Shown: positions 18,818 through 31,663, counted from the whole stretch's first letter. The stretch: 60,227 bases of DNA, filler included, from 9 parts of 9 records of this genome joined end to end with filler, not necessarily neighbours in it; one strand, 5' to 3'. Notes: generated by a model from the sequence alone, not told the origin. Numbers and translations are program-made.

Positions 18818-20236
18818 TTATGAACGGTATCCCGTATCTCCGTTATCAATAGTGCTGTATTCCCAACCGGTTCCTAGTGCCCGGCATAATTCGATGCGAT
18901 TGAGCAGCAGTTCCGCTTTGGCAGTGATCATTTTTTGCTGCAGCGACTGCAGGGACGTAAGCGCCGTCAGTACCCGCTGATAATTTTCAACCCCCTTCAG
19001 GTAGCGATCTTTTATCTGGGCCATAGTCTGCTCGGCAAGATCGAGCTGTCCCTGCAGGCTCTTGATGTATTCCTGCTGCTTCTGCTCCACCAGCAGCGCA
19101 TCTTCGACCTCGCCCACTGCCATGATAATCGCCTGCCCGTACTCGTTCAGGCTCTGCTCGACGACGGCCCTGGTACGTTCAACTTCGGCTTTTCTTAGCC
19201 CGCCGTCGAACAGCGGTGCGGTCAGTCCGGCTATGATCGAGCCCACATAGTCACTGAAAATCGTGGATGACGGATTGTTGAGCGTGTCCAGTGAAACGGA
19301 AAACCGGAGCGACGGATATTGATCGACAACCGCTGCTGCCGTACGTTTATCGGCTGCCTGCAGAGCCAGGAACGAACTGCGGATGTCCGGACGTACCAGG
19401 ATAACGTCAGCCGGAATACCGGTATCTGGCAACTCGGGCAGATCGGTGAGCTGGGCGGGAATATCAAAATCCTGCATTCCCGGCACCAGGCCGAGCAGTA
19501 TGGCCAATGTATGTTCGGTCTGTCCCTTGTCAGACAGTAATTGTACTTTGTCCCCCTGCTGACTTTCGATCAGCTGACGCTGCTGGAGCACATCAGCCAG
19601 CGGTACCTGCCCTGTGCGAAACTGGGTGCTGATTAAATCAAGGGCCTTCGTATTTGTTTCAATCTGCTGGTCGTACAATGCTAGCGTTGCATTCTGTCGG
19701 ATAAGCAGGTACCAGGTCCCGGCCACTTCTGCGGCCATCGTCATTGCGGCGGCATCGAGATCGGCTGCGGTGGCTTCCAGATCGAGCCGCGACGCTTCGA
19801 TTTCGGAGTCGATCCGTCCCCAAAGATCGACCTCGTATGAAGCGGAAAGACCGATCGCCACATTATCTGATTTTGTCGTAGATCCGTCGTTGTAATCGAT
19901 GGAGTGACTTGCACTTCCGTCTCCATCAATTGTCGGAAATAGCCCGGCCCGGCTCTTGTCATATATTGCCCCGGCCTGGCTTAGACGAGCCCAGCTGCTT
20001 TTGAGGTTGAAGTTGTCTTCCAGGGATTGCTCGACAAGATCGTTCAACTGTTCGTCTTCGAACGCCTGCCACCATTTACCGGACAGCTCCGTCATCCCCG
20101 ACTCTGAAAATGAATCCGGCAGCGTCAGCGACTCCTCGACACTCCGCTCGGTCGTGGCAACACACCCCGACACCATCAGGATCGCGCATGATGCAGGCAC
20201 GTAAATCAGCCTTTTTATGTTGATCATTTCTTTCAA
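18818..20236 (-). CDS. Outer membrane efflux lipoprotein (NodT/OprM type)
   Basis: Lipobox-like VSGC, WWQAFED.QL, YEVDLWGR, RPDI. Confidence 0.93.
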   Translation of the reverse strand: MKEMINIKRLIYVPASCAILMVSGCVATTERSVEESLTLPDSFSESGMTELSGKWWQAFEDEQLNDLVEQSLEDNFNLKSSWARLSQAGAIYDKSRAGLFPTIDGDGSASHSIDYNDGSTTKSDNVAIGLSASYEVDLWGRIDSEIEASRLDLEATAADLDAAAMTMAAEVAGTWYLLIRQNATLALYDQQIETNTKALDLISTQFRTGQVPLADVLQQRQLIESQQGDKVQLLSDKGQTEHTLAILLGLVPGMQDFDIPAQLTDLPELPDTGIPADVILVRPDIRSSFLALQAADKRTAAAVVDQYPSLRFSVSLDTLNNPSSTIFSDYVGSIIAGLTAPLFDGGLRKAEVERTRAVVEQSLNEYGQAIIMAVGEVEDALLVEQKQQEYIKSLQGQLDLAEQTMAQIKDRYLKGVENYQRVLTALTSLQSLQQKMITAKAELLLNRIELCRALGTGWEYSTIDNGDTGYRS

Positions 20237-20571
20237 ACCCGTTTTTTCTGATTCAGTTCATAACTGCGGGGGACATGCTACAGCGTGTCCCCTAATTGAG
20301 CCGACGACATATAAACTTCCCGCTGTCCTCATGCTGTCACAATAACCTGCAAATTTTGAAGAAATGAGGAAACAATGTGCAAAAAAGACACGGTGCTGAA
20401 TATTTATTGACAGGCTGTTACCGGACGTTGAAAGCCTGCCCGTTTACTTCATGGGGCAGCAGGCTTCCAACGCCGCGTTTATCGACGGAGGAGAGGGGAT
20501 AAGGGAGGGATAAAGGAATGCCGATAAACGGCTCTCTCTCAAAGAAGGGGGACGAGTAATCCCTCTACATG

Positions 20572-20605
20572 AAAAAAGGCATACCAAAACGTTTTGGTAT
20601 GCCTT
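20572..20605 (-). terminator. Terminator-like perfect palindrome at contig end
   Basis: AAGGCATACCAAAACGTTTTGGTATGCCTT (30 bp) with T tract on the minus strand. Confidence 0.6.
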
Positions 20606-20705
20606 NNNNNNNNNNNNNNNNNNNNNNNNNNNNNNNNNNNNNNNNNNNNTTAATTAATTAANNNNNNNNNNNNNNNNNNNNNNNNNNNNNNNNNNNNNNN
20701 NNNNN
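20606..20705. other. Artificial contig spacer
   Basis: N run with TTAATTAATTAA. Confidence 0.99.
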
Positions 20706-21658
20706 TCAACTATCCTCCTCTGAAACTGGATCCCGACATCGTGGACGACATCCACAACCTCGGCGGAACCATGCTCGGATCGTCCCGGGGCTATGGTGAT
20801 GTGGAGCCCATCGTCGATGCGTTGGAGCGCATGAATATCAATGTTCTCTTCACCATAGGCGGCGACGGAACCCAGCGCGGCAGTCTCGAAATCGCCGAAG
20901 AAATCGAGAAACGCGGTCTGAAGATCGCCTGTGTGGGGATTCCGAAGACCATCGATAACGACGTCATGTTCGTCCAGAAGTCCTTCGGGTTCGATACCGC
21001 CGTCGCCAAGGCCGTGGAAGCCGTCAGTGCCGCCCATGTGGAAGCCAAGAGCGCCCCGGACGGTATCGGCCTTGTGAAGGTGATGGGGCGTGATTCCGGC
21101 TTTATCGCCGCTCACACCACACTGTCCACCAGCGATGTGAATTTCTGCCTGATTCCTGAAATGTCCTTTGAACTCGAGGGAGAGAACGGTCTGTTGAACA
21201 GCCTTGAACAACGCCTCGACAGGCGCAAACATGCCGTCATTCTCGTCGCCGAAGGAGCCGGTCAGGAACTGCTCAATTCCGGCAAGGACGGCAAAGATGC
21301 GTCTGGAAATAAGTCCTACGGCGATATCGGTCTGTACCTCAAGGACAAAATCAAGGAATACCTCAAGCAAAGGGGCCGGGAGGCCAACATCAAATACATC
21401 GATCCGAGTTATATCATCCGGGCTGCGCCGGCGAACCCGGTGGACTCCCATTACTGCGCCCGCCTCGGTGCGAACGCCGTTCATGCGGCGATGTCTGGAC
21501 GGACCGGTTGCATCATCGGACAGTGGAACAACGCTCTCGTGCATGTGCCCATCCCGATGGCCACCTACAAGCGAAAGCAGATCGACAATGAAGGGCCTTT
21601 GTGGCGGGATGTCCTTGAATCCACCCGGCAGCCTATTACGATGGTTGTGAACAGGTAG
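20706..21658 (+). CDS. pfkA: 6-phosphofructokinase, probably ATP-dependent; 5' truncated
   Basis: GGTMLGSSRG, GGDGT, PKTIDND, MGRDSG, KYIDPSYIIR. Confidence 0.92.
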
Positions 21659-21711
21659 GCTCTGCCTTTTCCGTTGTACCGGCGGGCATTTGCCAACCGG
21701 TATGGCGGGAG

Positions 21712-22388
21712 CTATCTAGCGGCGTGCTCCCGGATCGTCATTCTGATCCATTCTTCCGACATTTCTGTGATTCTTTGCGCCGTTCGCCTCAGTCGTTCGC
21801 CTTTCTTGGCGACTTCCGAGGGAATGATGGGATCCCCGACGATCAGCGTCACTCGGGGTGGCCACCACACCGGCAGCAGGCCTTTTTTCTTGTAGAGAGC
21901 ACTTCGGCCACCGGAATCAGCGGCACGTCATTCCGGCAGGCGAACCAGGCGGCGCCGATGAAAAAACCGCCCGGTTCCTGATTCCGTTCTTTCAGGACGC
22001 CCTCGGGAAAGAAATGCACCAGTTCCCCTCTTGCCAGGGCCGCCGATACCGCCGGCGCGACATTCATGGGATTCTCGGAGGGTATGCCGATCACACCCAG
22101 CATCCAGTTGAACCAGCCGGCATCCCGGCGCTGCATATTGGCCTGTTCGGCAGTAAACCTGATGTATTGCGGACGCACTGCATGCCACAGGAAGAACCAT
22201 TCCACATAGATGCAGTGGTTCATCACCGAAATCGCCGGTCCCCGCAGGCGTTTCCTTCCTTCAATCCTAAGGCTGTAGAGAGGAACCATAATGGCAAAGA
22301 GGGCAGGATAAAACAGGAATCGTGAAACGGTGCGGAGGAGTTTCCTGAACCGCGATTCTTTAATCAGCGGACGATACGGCCTTTCCAA
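21712..22388 (-). CDS. PlsC-like acyltransferase with one frameshift near 21895
   Basis: NHCIYVE, FFPEG, VPLIPV; continues in another frame as YKKKGLLPVWWPPRVTLIVGDPI...AR*; start uncertain. Confidence 0.8.
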
Positions 22389-23494
22389 CTGTACCCCCGG
22401 CCTCTTTTTGAGAGGACAATGGACCGCACGGAAAGCCACGTGGTCCAGGCGAAATGGATCGGATAGAAGAACGCCGTGTACCAGGGAAGTTTCCGATCCA
22501 ACATGGTGACTAGCCAGGCGGCGAACACAAGGATGATGCTCAGGCCCAGTGGCAGTGCCGCCGGATGGCCGCCGATCAGTGCTATTGGGAACAGGGGAAT
22601 CGGAGCCAGCAGGCAGGTCAGCATAACCAATCCCATGAATATGAACGGATAGACCAGGTTGTCGAAGTATTCATAGACAACCCGCATGATTCCCATGCGG
22701 GCATGCTCCATCGAGTCGTACATGTTCCCCGACAGGTAGTCTTTCGCGTCCAGGAATACCTGGGAATATCCCTGTCCCTTCAGGAGGCGGGCCATCTGAA
22801 TATCTTCGTTGATCTTGTCCCTCACTGGTCTAAAACCGTCCGTCTCATCCATTACCGATGCCCGGACGCAGAAAAACTGTCCGATGGCATGGGAGAGCAT
22901 GTAGCTGCGGCTCTTTCGAAACAGCCAGAGGGGAAGCAGGAAGGATGTGGCCAGGTACATGACGGGAAACAGCAGATACTCAATTCTTTCCGGTGTGGTG
23001 TGTCGGGCGTAGCCGGAGAGAAAATCGACATTGTATCGGGAGAATTTGCTCACCGTCCATCGAATCAGGCCGGATTCAGGCCGCATATCCGCATCAATGA
23101 ACACCAGAATCTCACCCCGGGCTTCTGCGATCAGCTGTTGCATCGCATAGGGCTTCCCTTTCCAGCCGGACGGCAGGGCGCGGCCGCTGATGCAGCGGAA
23201 TCTCGGATCACCGGCCACCATTTCTTCGACGGTTGCCATCGTACCGTCTTCGGAATTGTCATCCAGGACAATCACCTCGAAATCCGGATAGTCCTGCTTC
23301 ATCAGGCCCTCCAGGGCCGGTTTGATGCGTAATGATTCATTTCTCGCCGGAATCAGCACTGAGACAGACGGTGTTCCGGAACTCTCTTCAGGTCCGGAAA
23401 CCCTTCGCAGGTAGATGATATTCGCCAGGGTGAACAAGATCATGTAGGTGCCGGCGGCAACGGCGAACCAGGCCAGTATCTGAGCCGGAATCAC
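22364..23494 (-). CDS. GT2 membrane glycosyltransferase (CrtQ/CruC-like)
   Basis: SVLIPARNE, DDNSEDGT, LPSGWKGKPYA, FIDAD, EDIQMAR, C-terminal YSWKGR; GTG overlaps the upstream stop. Confidence 0.85.
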   Translation of the reverse strand: MIPAQILAWFAVAAGTYMILFTLANIIYLRRVSGPEESSGTPSVSVLIPARNESLRIKPALEGLMKQDYPDFEVIVLDDNSEDGTMATVEEMVAGDPRFRCISGRALPSGWKGKPYAMQQLIAEARGEILVFIDADMRPESGLIRWTVSKFSRYNVDFLSGYARHTTPERIEYLLFPVMYLATSFLLPLWLFRKSRSYMLSHAIGQFFCVRASVMDETDGFRPVRDKINEDIQMARLLKGQGYSQVFLDAKDYLSGNMYDSMEHARMGIMRVVYEYFDNLVYPFIFMGLVMLTCLLAPIPLFPIALIGGHPAALPLGLSIILVFAAWLVTMLDRKLPWYTAFFYPIHFAWTTWLSVRSIVLSKRGRGYSWKGRIVR

Positions 23495-24354
23495 TCTGCC
23501 GTCTCCTTCAGGAAATCCGCCATGCCGGAAGCGAACACGTTCCCCGGATAGACCCCCAATGCCTCGTTGAACCAGGACAGGGCTTCGCTGTCGTCCTGCT
23601 CTGTAAACGCAGCCATGGCGAAGCATCCGTAGATATTGAACAGATCTTCGGTATCGCTGACCCCCTCTCTCATGATGGCCCTGAGCGCTTCCCTGGCTTC
23701 GTCTGGATTCCCGCCCCAGGACAGGGGCGTATACGCCAGGCGGGACGCTTCCTGGATCATTGCCTTCACCAGATGAGCATCCAGTTCCAGCGCCTTCCGG
23801 ACGTTTTTCTTCGCTTTGCCACCGATGGATAGGGCGTCACCGACGTCACCCAGGAACAATATCTGTCCGAGTACTTCTCCGTAGAGCCTGTAGGACTCGG
23901 CATCATCCGGACGCAATTCTAGTAGCTGTTCGCATTCACTGCGGGCGAGGACATAGGCCTCCATGGCCTGGTCTCTCTCGATGTAGAATTTCCTGAGCTT
24001 CAGCAGGTTGTCCTCTCGAAGTTCCCGGGCGTAAGCGACCATTTCCGAACGTGTTTTGATCGCCTGGTGCCAGCGGCCGATGTAATAATGGGCCAAGGCG
24101 CGGCCCCGGGTTGACTCGGCCGGATCGGACAGATTCTCTTTTATCCGTTCGAGGACATCGGTGCGGAGCCGGTAGAACTCCTCCGTGTCGAGTTCATGGT
24201 TGTAGACAGCGTCTCTGAGGTGCCGGGTGATGGTGTCGGCGTCGGCAGCCGTCTGTTCCTGCGCCCCGAGAAACGGGGCTATAAAACAGAATATCGCCGT
24301 GATAACCGATCCATATAGAACCCGGGGCAGGGTGAACATAGATTGTTGTCGCAT
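23491..24354 (-). CDS. Exported TPR-like helical-repeat protein
   Basis: Signal peptide; TPR-like helices (ALSWFNEALGVYPGN). Confidence 0.75.
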   Translation of the reverse strand: MRQQSMFTLPRVLYGSVITAIFCFIAPFLGAQEQTAADADTITRHLRDAVYNHELDTEEFYRLRTDVLERIKENLSDPAESTRGRALAHYYIGRWHQAIKTRSEMVAYARELREDNLLKLRKFYIERDQAMEAYVLARSECEQLLELRPDDAESYRLYGEVLGQILFLGDVGDALSIGGKAKKNVRKALELDAHLVKAMIQEASRLAYTPLSWGGNPDEAREALRAIMREGVSDTEDLFNIYGCFAMAAFTEQDDSEALSWFNEALGVYPGNVFASGMADFLKETAE

Positions 24355-24360
24355 GCAGTA

Positions 24361-25936
24361 TCAGTCGACTCCCAGTATCCGGGCGTAGGCTTTCAGGGCT
24401 CCGTCATCGGAGCTGCCCGACAGCAGTGATTTCGTCAGGATTTTCCGAGCTGCACTCCTTCCTGATCGAAGGAGTTCAGGTTCCAGCAAAAGCCCTGGAA
24501 CATCACCTTGTTCTCGAAATGCGCCAGAAGCGCGCCCAGGCTCCGGGCATCCAGCATGTTGCCGGCGATCAGGGTACTCGGGCGCATCCCGTCGAAGTTC
24601 CTGTTGGGATTCTCGTCGGCATTGCCCTTGGCGAAGGCGATGATCTGGGCCGCCAGATTCGCGTTCAGCTTCGTCTGACTGGTGGATCCGTCGGTTACCA
24701 TGTCCTCTCCGGCCTGGGATTTCCGGAATCCGATGAACTGGAGGGGAACGATATCCGTGCCCTGATGAAGCAGCTGATAGAAGGAATGCTGGCCGTTGGT
24801 TCCCGGTTCGCCGAATACGACCGGACCGGTGGGGTAGTCCACCGGCTCTCCCCGGCGGTTCACGCTTTTACCGTTGGATTCCATATCCAGCTGCTGCAGG
24901 TGAGCGGGGAACCGGGACAGTGCCTGGCTGTAGGGAAGAACCGCCGTGGACGGCAGACCCAGGATATTGCGGTTGAACACCCCGATCATGGCATCCATAA
25001 GAGCGGCGTTCTTCTTCAGGTCTTTTTCCCGGGCCAGACTGTCGGCTTCGTTCGCGCCGGCCAGCAGATCGGCGAATACATCCGGTCCGAGGGCCAGGGA
25101 CAGAACAACCCCGCCGACGGCACTGGTTGAGGAATAGCGACCTCCGATGTAGTCATCAATGTAGAATGACTCCAAAACGTCGGAGGAACCTGCCAGGGGC
25201 TGGTTCTGCTGGTGACTGCCAGCATATGTTTTGCCGGATCATAGCCGCTGATGCCCAGGGATTTCATTTTCTCAAGAATCAGGTCCCTGTTGGCCAGGGT
25301 CTCCTGAGTGGTGCCGCTCTTGGACACGATGATGAACAGGGTTGTCTCCGGATTGATCAACGAGACGATATCGGCCGCGTCGTCGGGATCCACATTGGAT
25401 ACGAAATAGGCCTTCATCTTCAGTTCATGAACCTGCCGCAGCGCCAGGAACAGAGCCCGGGGACCAAGGTCGGAACCGCCGATGCCGATCTGGACGACCG
25501 TGTCCAGTTTCTTTCCGGTGGATCCTGTGATACCACCGCGATGGACCTCTCCGGCGAAATCCCGAATCCTGGCCACCTGTTCCGAGTAGAACTCGCCGAT
25601 ATTGCCGCCGTCTTCAGCCACATCCGAACCGAGTTGGCCCCTCGTGAGTTGATGGAGCACTTTCCGGTCTTCACCGGTATTGATCCGTTCGCCGTTCAGC
25701 AGGCTGGCGTATTTCTCTACCAGCTGCTGCTCATCCGCCAGATTCTGAAGACGGGAGATATCTGTATCCGTGACCAGCGAAGCGCCGTAGTAGAAGTCCA
25801 GACCGCCGCCGGCGGGGCACTTCCAGTTGTTCACGCGCTGTTCATTCAATTCTTCTTTCAGGTTCACCAGCGTGTCCGTCTGCCGCAGTTTTCCGTAGGA
25901 ATCAGTTTTATCGAGGTTGTTCCATGCGATTGCCAT
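24361..25936 (-). CDS. pgi: Glucose-6-phosphate isomerase (two homopolymer frameshifts, near 25197 and 24443)
   Basis: QIGIGGSDLGP, SKSGTTQET, IGGRYS, QQLDMESNGK, GTNGQHSF, SFDQEGVQLGK; adding one base at each run restores one frame ending LGVD*. Confidence 0.92.
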
Positions 25937-26158
25937 ATCATTCTCCTGTAGGAGGCTTCGGCCTTTGAGTTTAGGCGACTGACCTTATGTGGGCAAGGAC
26001 TGTCCAGTGCTTCGCAGATTGGGGAAAGGCGAAGTTTGCCTTGAAATCACCATTCTCGTGGTCGTATAGAGCGGTTTGGAGCGACAGGCTCCCTCAACTA
26101 TCCTCTTTTCCCCAATCTGCGAAGCACTACGTACTTTTTTCGGGTACTGCAGGCATGA

Positions 26159-27616
<1,458 letters not shown>

Positions 27617-27716
27617 NNNNNNNNNNNNNNNNNNNNNNNNNNNNNNNNNNNNNNNNNNNNTTAATTAATTAANNNNNNNNNNNNNNNNNNNNNNNNNNNN
27701 NNNNNNNNNNNNNNNN
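27617..27716. other. Artificial contig spacer
   Basis: N run with TTAATTAATTAA. Confidence 0.99.
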
Positions 27717-27733
27717 AAAGAATTAAGGAGCGC

Positions 27734-29992
27734 ATGAAAATGATAAAGAAAGGATCTATGAACAAAGACTCTGCGTCCAAAGGAAAAGGCACAGGCACCG
27801 GTGGAGCGTGGCTGAAATTTCTGCTCTATTTTGTGGTGGTGGTACTTGTCAACGTGGTGGGAGTCACCCTCTTTTTCCGGATGGATCTCACCTCCAACGG
27901 CCTTTACTCCCTGTCCGACGCCAGTTATGAGGTGGTGGACAAGCTCTCCGAACCGCTGAGCATCAAGGTGTTTTTCACCAAAAATCTTCCCGCTCCCCAC
28001 AACAACACGGAGCGATACCTCCACGATCTGATGGAGGAGTATGCCGCCAAAGGCGGAAAACAATTTAACTATCGATTTTACGATGTAACGGCCGGTGAAG
28101 CGGGCATGACGGAGCAAACCAACGTCAACCGTCAGATGGCCGAGGATTACGGCATCTCTCCGGTGCAGATCCGCATCATCGAAAACGATGAGGTGAAATT
28201 CCAGCAGGCCTACATGGGACTTGTCATCATTCACGGAGATCTGATGGAAAAAATCCCGGCCATCACCTCCACCAACGGATTAGAGTACACGCTGACCACC
28301 GCCATCCAAAAGCTCAACAACAAAGTGAGCGCCCTGATGGCATTGGATGAAAAGGTGAAAATCACCCTTTACCTCTCATCTTCTTTGGAAAAAGTAGCCC
28401 CTCTCATGGGTCTGGATCAACTGTCCTCCATCCCGGATCGTGTGGAAAGTGTCGTAGAAAAACTCAATGTCAAGAGCTTGAATAAAATCGAATACAGCTA
28501 TGTCGATCCCACCAAACAGAACAACTTGAATGAGATCGCCGAAAAATACAATGTCATGGCCATGAAATGGCCTGCCATTCCCAAGAAAAACATCGAAGCC
28601 GGAGACGGCGGAGCCGGTATTGTCATGCAGTACAAAGACGAAATAAAAACCACACCGCTCATCTCCAGCATCAACCTGCCCATCATCGGAACCACTTATC
28701 AAATGGTGGATCCTGAAGCGTTGGAAGACCTCTTCACCGAGACCATGGAGACCATGATCGGCATCAATGAAAACATCGGCTATCTGTCAGATCACGGCAG
28801 CCTCTCCCTTATGGGCGGCGGCATGGGCATGATGCCCGGTCAGCAGGGCGGCACCATGAACGTATTCAATGAACTCATCTCCAAACGATACACCATTCAG
28901 GATATCAAATTGAAGGATAAGGGGATCCCGGAAGGGCTGAAAACCCTGATTATCGCCCGCCCCACGGAACCCTTCTCAGATTATGAGCTGTTCCAGATCG
29001 ATCAGGCCCTGATGAAAGGTACCAACATCGCTTTCTTCACCGATACCTTTAACGAGGTGATGCCGCAGCAACAGATGGGATTTGGCGGCGGTCCCCAGTA
29101 CCTGCCCCTCGATACGGGACTGGAAAAGCTTCTGAGCCACTACGGTGTCAAGATGGACAATTCATACATTCTGGACAAAAGCTGTTACAAACAGATGAAA
29201 TCGGCCCGTCAAGGTGGGGGGGAACAGGAAATTTTCTTTGCGCCCATCATCAAAGACGCTTACATCAACAACAGCCCGGATTTCATGAAAAACATCAAGG
29301 GGATTATCGCCATGAAGATCTCCCCCTTGACTTTGGATGACAAACAGCTGGAGCAGAGCGGCATCACAGCCACAAGACTCTTCTCATCATCGGATGAGTC
29401 CTGGCTGATGAAAGATCGCATCAACCTCAACCCGATGTTCATCCGGCCGCCGCAACAGGAATCCGAGATGGAATCCCATGCATTGGCTTACATGCTGAGC
29501 GGTGAGTTCAGCAGTTACTTTGCCGGAAAATCCATCCCTGAAAAAGAGGTGGCTGAGGAAAATACCGATGATGCGGATAAAGAGAAGAGCGATGATGCCG
29601 TAGAAAAGAAAACCGATGCGGATCTGGCAAAAATCGAAGTGGATAACACCATGATCACCAAAGGGAAACCCGGCAAGATTTTTGTCATGGCCTGCTCATC
29701 CATGCTCCAGGACAACATGCTGGATCCCGAGGGAAGAACCACCAATGCCACGTTCATCCTCAATGTGATCGATCATCTCAACGACCAGGATGAGATTGCC
29801 GGTATGAGAAGTAAAAACCAGACCCTGAATCCCCTTGCCGAAACCACACCGTTTGCCCGTGGTTTCATCAAGACCTTCAACATCGCCGGACTGCCGGTAC
29901 TGGTGATTCTGTTTGGATTCGGCGTCCTCTTGATGAGACGATCCAAAAAGAAAACCATCAAATTGATGTTCCACAACGGAAACAATGCATAA
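27734..29992 (+). CDS. GldG-like ABC transporter auxiliary protein
   Basis: N-terminal TM, RMDLTSNGLYSLS, IDQALMKG, N..FILNVIDHL, C-terminal TM. Confidence 0.85.
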   Translation: MKMIKKGSMNKDSASKGKGTGTGGAWLKFLLYFVVVVLVNVVGVTLFFRMDLTSNGLYSLSDASYEVVDKLSEPLSIKVFFTKNLPAPHNNTERYLHDLMEEYAAKGGKQFNYRFYDVTAGEAGMTEQTNVNRQMAEDYGISPVQIRIIENDEVKFQQAYMGLVIIHGDLMEKIPAITSTNGLEYTLTTAIQKLNNKVSALMALDEKVKITLYLSSSLEKVAPLMGLDQLSSIPDRVESVVEKLNVKSLNKIEYSYVDPTKQNNLNEIAEKYNVMAMKWPAIPKKNIEAGDGGAGIVMQYKDEIKTTPLISSINLPIIGTTYQMVDPEALEDLFTETMETMIGINENIGYLSDHGSLSLMGGGMGMMPGQQGGTMNVFNELISKRYTIQDIKLKDKGIPEGLKTLIIARPTEPFSDYELFQIDQALMKGTNIAFFTDTFNEVMPQQQMGFGGGPQYLPLDTGLEKLLSHYGVKMDNSYILDKSCYKQMKSARQGGGEQEIFFAPIIKDAYINNSPDFMKNIKGIIAMKISPLTLDDKQLEQSGITATRLFSSSDESWLMKDRINLNPMFIRPPQQESEMESHALAYMLSGEFSSYFAGKSIPEKEVAEENTDDADKEKSDDAVEKKTDADLAKIEVDNTMITKGKPGKIFVMACSSMLQDNMLDPEGRTTNATFILNVIDHLNDQDEIAGMRSKNQTLNPLAETTPFARGFIKTFNIAGLPVLVILFGFGVLLMRRSKKKTIKLMFHNGNNA

Positions 29993-30204
29993 TTATTCCA
30001 TTATATCTCAAACCGATCTGACGATCGATTCAACATTGTTGTAGATTGTAGAGCCAAGGTAAGTACCGAAGCACATTTCATTCTATATTTTTCCATAGAG
30101 ATTCTATCGAATTAATTATGCTCATGAGGTATTTATGCCTTGCCTCTCTCCGACAACAAATTGGGAAACAATCAATTATTTTCTTAGGAGGCGTAAGAGA
30201 TCGC

Positions 30205-31499
30205 ATGAAAAAGGAGTACATCATTCTGGGGCTGATCATTGTGCTGTTGTCAGCCTATCTTGCACTGCACAACCGGGATGGCAACAACTATGCCCTGCCC
30301 TATATTCCTGAAGTGAAAATAGCCGATATCAATGAAATTATTCTTGAAAAAGACGGGGATCCCATCACTATCACTAGAAAAGATGAAACCTGGAAAGTAA
30401 CGGACAAAAACTATCCGGCGGACTCTCAAATCATCACCAAAATGCTGGATGTCATCAAAGAGATGAAGGTCTCGGCACTCGTATCTGAAGCAGGGGAAAA
30501 CCTGCCCCGTTACGAGCTCGGTGCAGAAAATCGTATTGGTGTGACGGTTAAATCAAAGATCGAGACCGTCCGAAAGTTTGACATCGGCAAAGTGGCTCCT
30601 TCCTACCGTCACACTTTTATCCGCTTGGATGGAAATCCCAGTGTCTACCATGCCGCAAAAAGTTTCCGAAGGGATTTTGATAAATCAGTTGAAGATTTGA
30701 GAGATAAAGAAGCCCTCGCCTTCGAGAAAGATAAAATCAAGGAAATCTCCCTCGAAAAAGACGGTATCATCCAAACGCTGGCCTTGGAAGAAAGCGTGGC
30801 AAAAGCAGATGATAGTAAAGATGCGACGGAGGTTAATACATCCGAGACATCAAAGAGCTCAACGGATGCTGAATCAGATACCGCTTCACCGGCAGAAAGA
30901 GTAAAAGAATGGAAACTCAAAAAAGATGGAATGAGTGAACCCATTGCGTCTGAAGTTAAAGAGGCACTGGAAACCATTCTCTCCACGCTATCCACTCTGA
31001 AATGCTCGAAATATGCTGAAACCGACGCCAAGGATGAGGCATATAAAGCGCAATCCCCCCTTGCAAAGCTGACATTGAATGGCGACAAGTCCCACACCTT
31101 GGAACTTTTTGAAAAAAAGAGGATGGGGGCGATTTTCCGGCCCTTTCCACGGGAAATGCCTACCCGCTTTTCATCGGAAGCTATCAAGGGGATAATCTGT
31201 TGAAAAAGGTGAATACGGTTCTTGGCATCGAAGAGCAAAAGGAAGATGAAGAAAACCGGGATCAGAGTGTCGACACTCAAGAGAACGCCCAAGTGGTGGA
31301 TGCCGTTACCGAACAAGTGATTGGGAATGCCGTCAAGCAAGGCATTGAAAGTGCCTCATCCAATACGTCTCAATCAGATCCGTCAACACCGACAACACAA
31401 GAACCATCAAACGCATCAGATACAGACGCCCCGTCAAACGATGATGCTGACAAGCCCTCTTCAGATGCGACGAATTCCACAGAAGCAAAACCGGAATAG
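30205..31499 (+). CDS. DUF4340 domain protein with frameshift at A run 31112-31118 and acidic low-complexity tail
   Basis: N-terminal TM, YPAD, YELG, IGK, LRDK motifs; a -1 shift joins ORF 30118-31203 to ORF 31200-31499. Confidence 0.75.
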
Positions 31500-31527
31500 T
31501 TGATCCGAAACGAACTTGCCATACCCA

Positions 31528-31553
31528 TGCCCCCGGAAATCGTTTCGGGGGCA
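31528..31553. terminator. Hairpin between convergent genes
   Basis: TGCCCCCGGAA-ATCG-TTTCGGGGGCA. Confidence 0.55.
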
Positions 31554-31663
31554 ATCCTCTTTCCGAAATATATGGACACACGACGCCGAAAATTCACGGC
31601 CCATGCCTCATAGTTCAAAATTGTTCCAATTTACATTCTTTCATTTTGATATTGAATATCGAA

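Noticed and set aside
24361-25936. pgi as a pseudogene or recoded gene
   Set aside because: Both breaks are one-base shortfalls in homopolymer runs with intact catalytic motifs; best explained as sequencing error.
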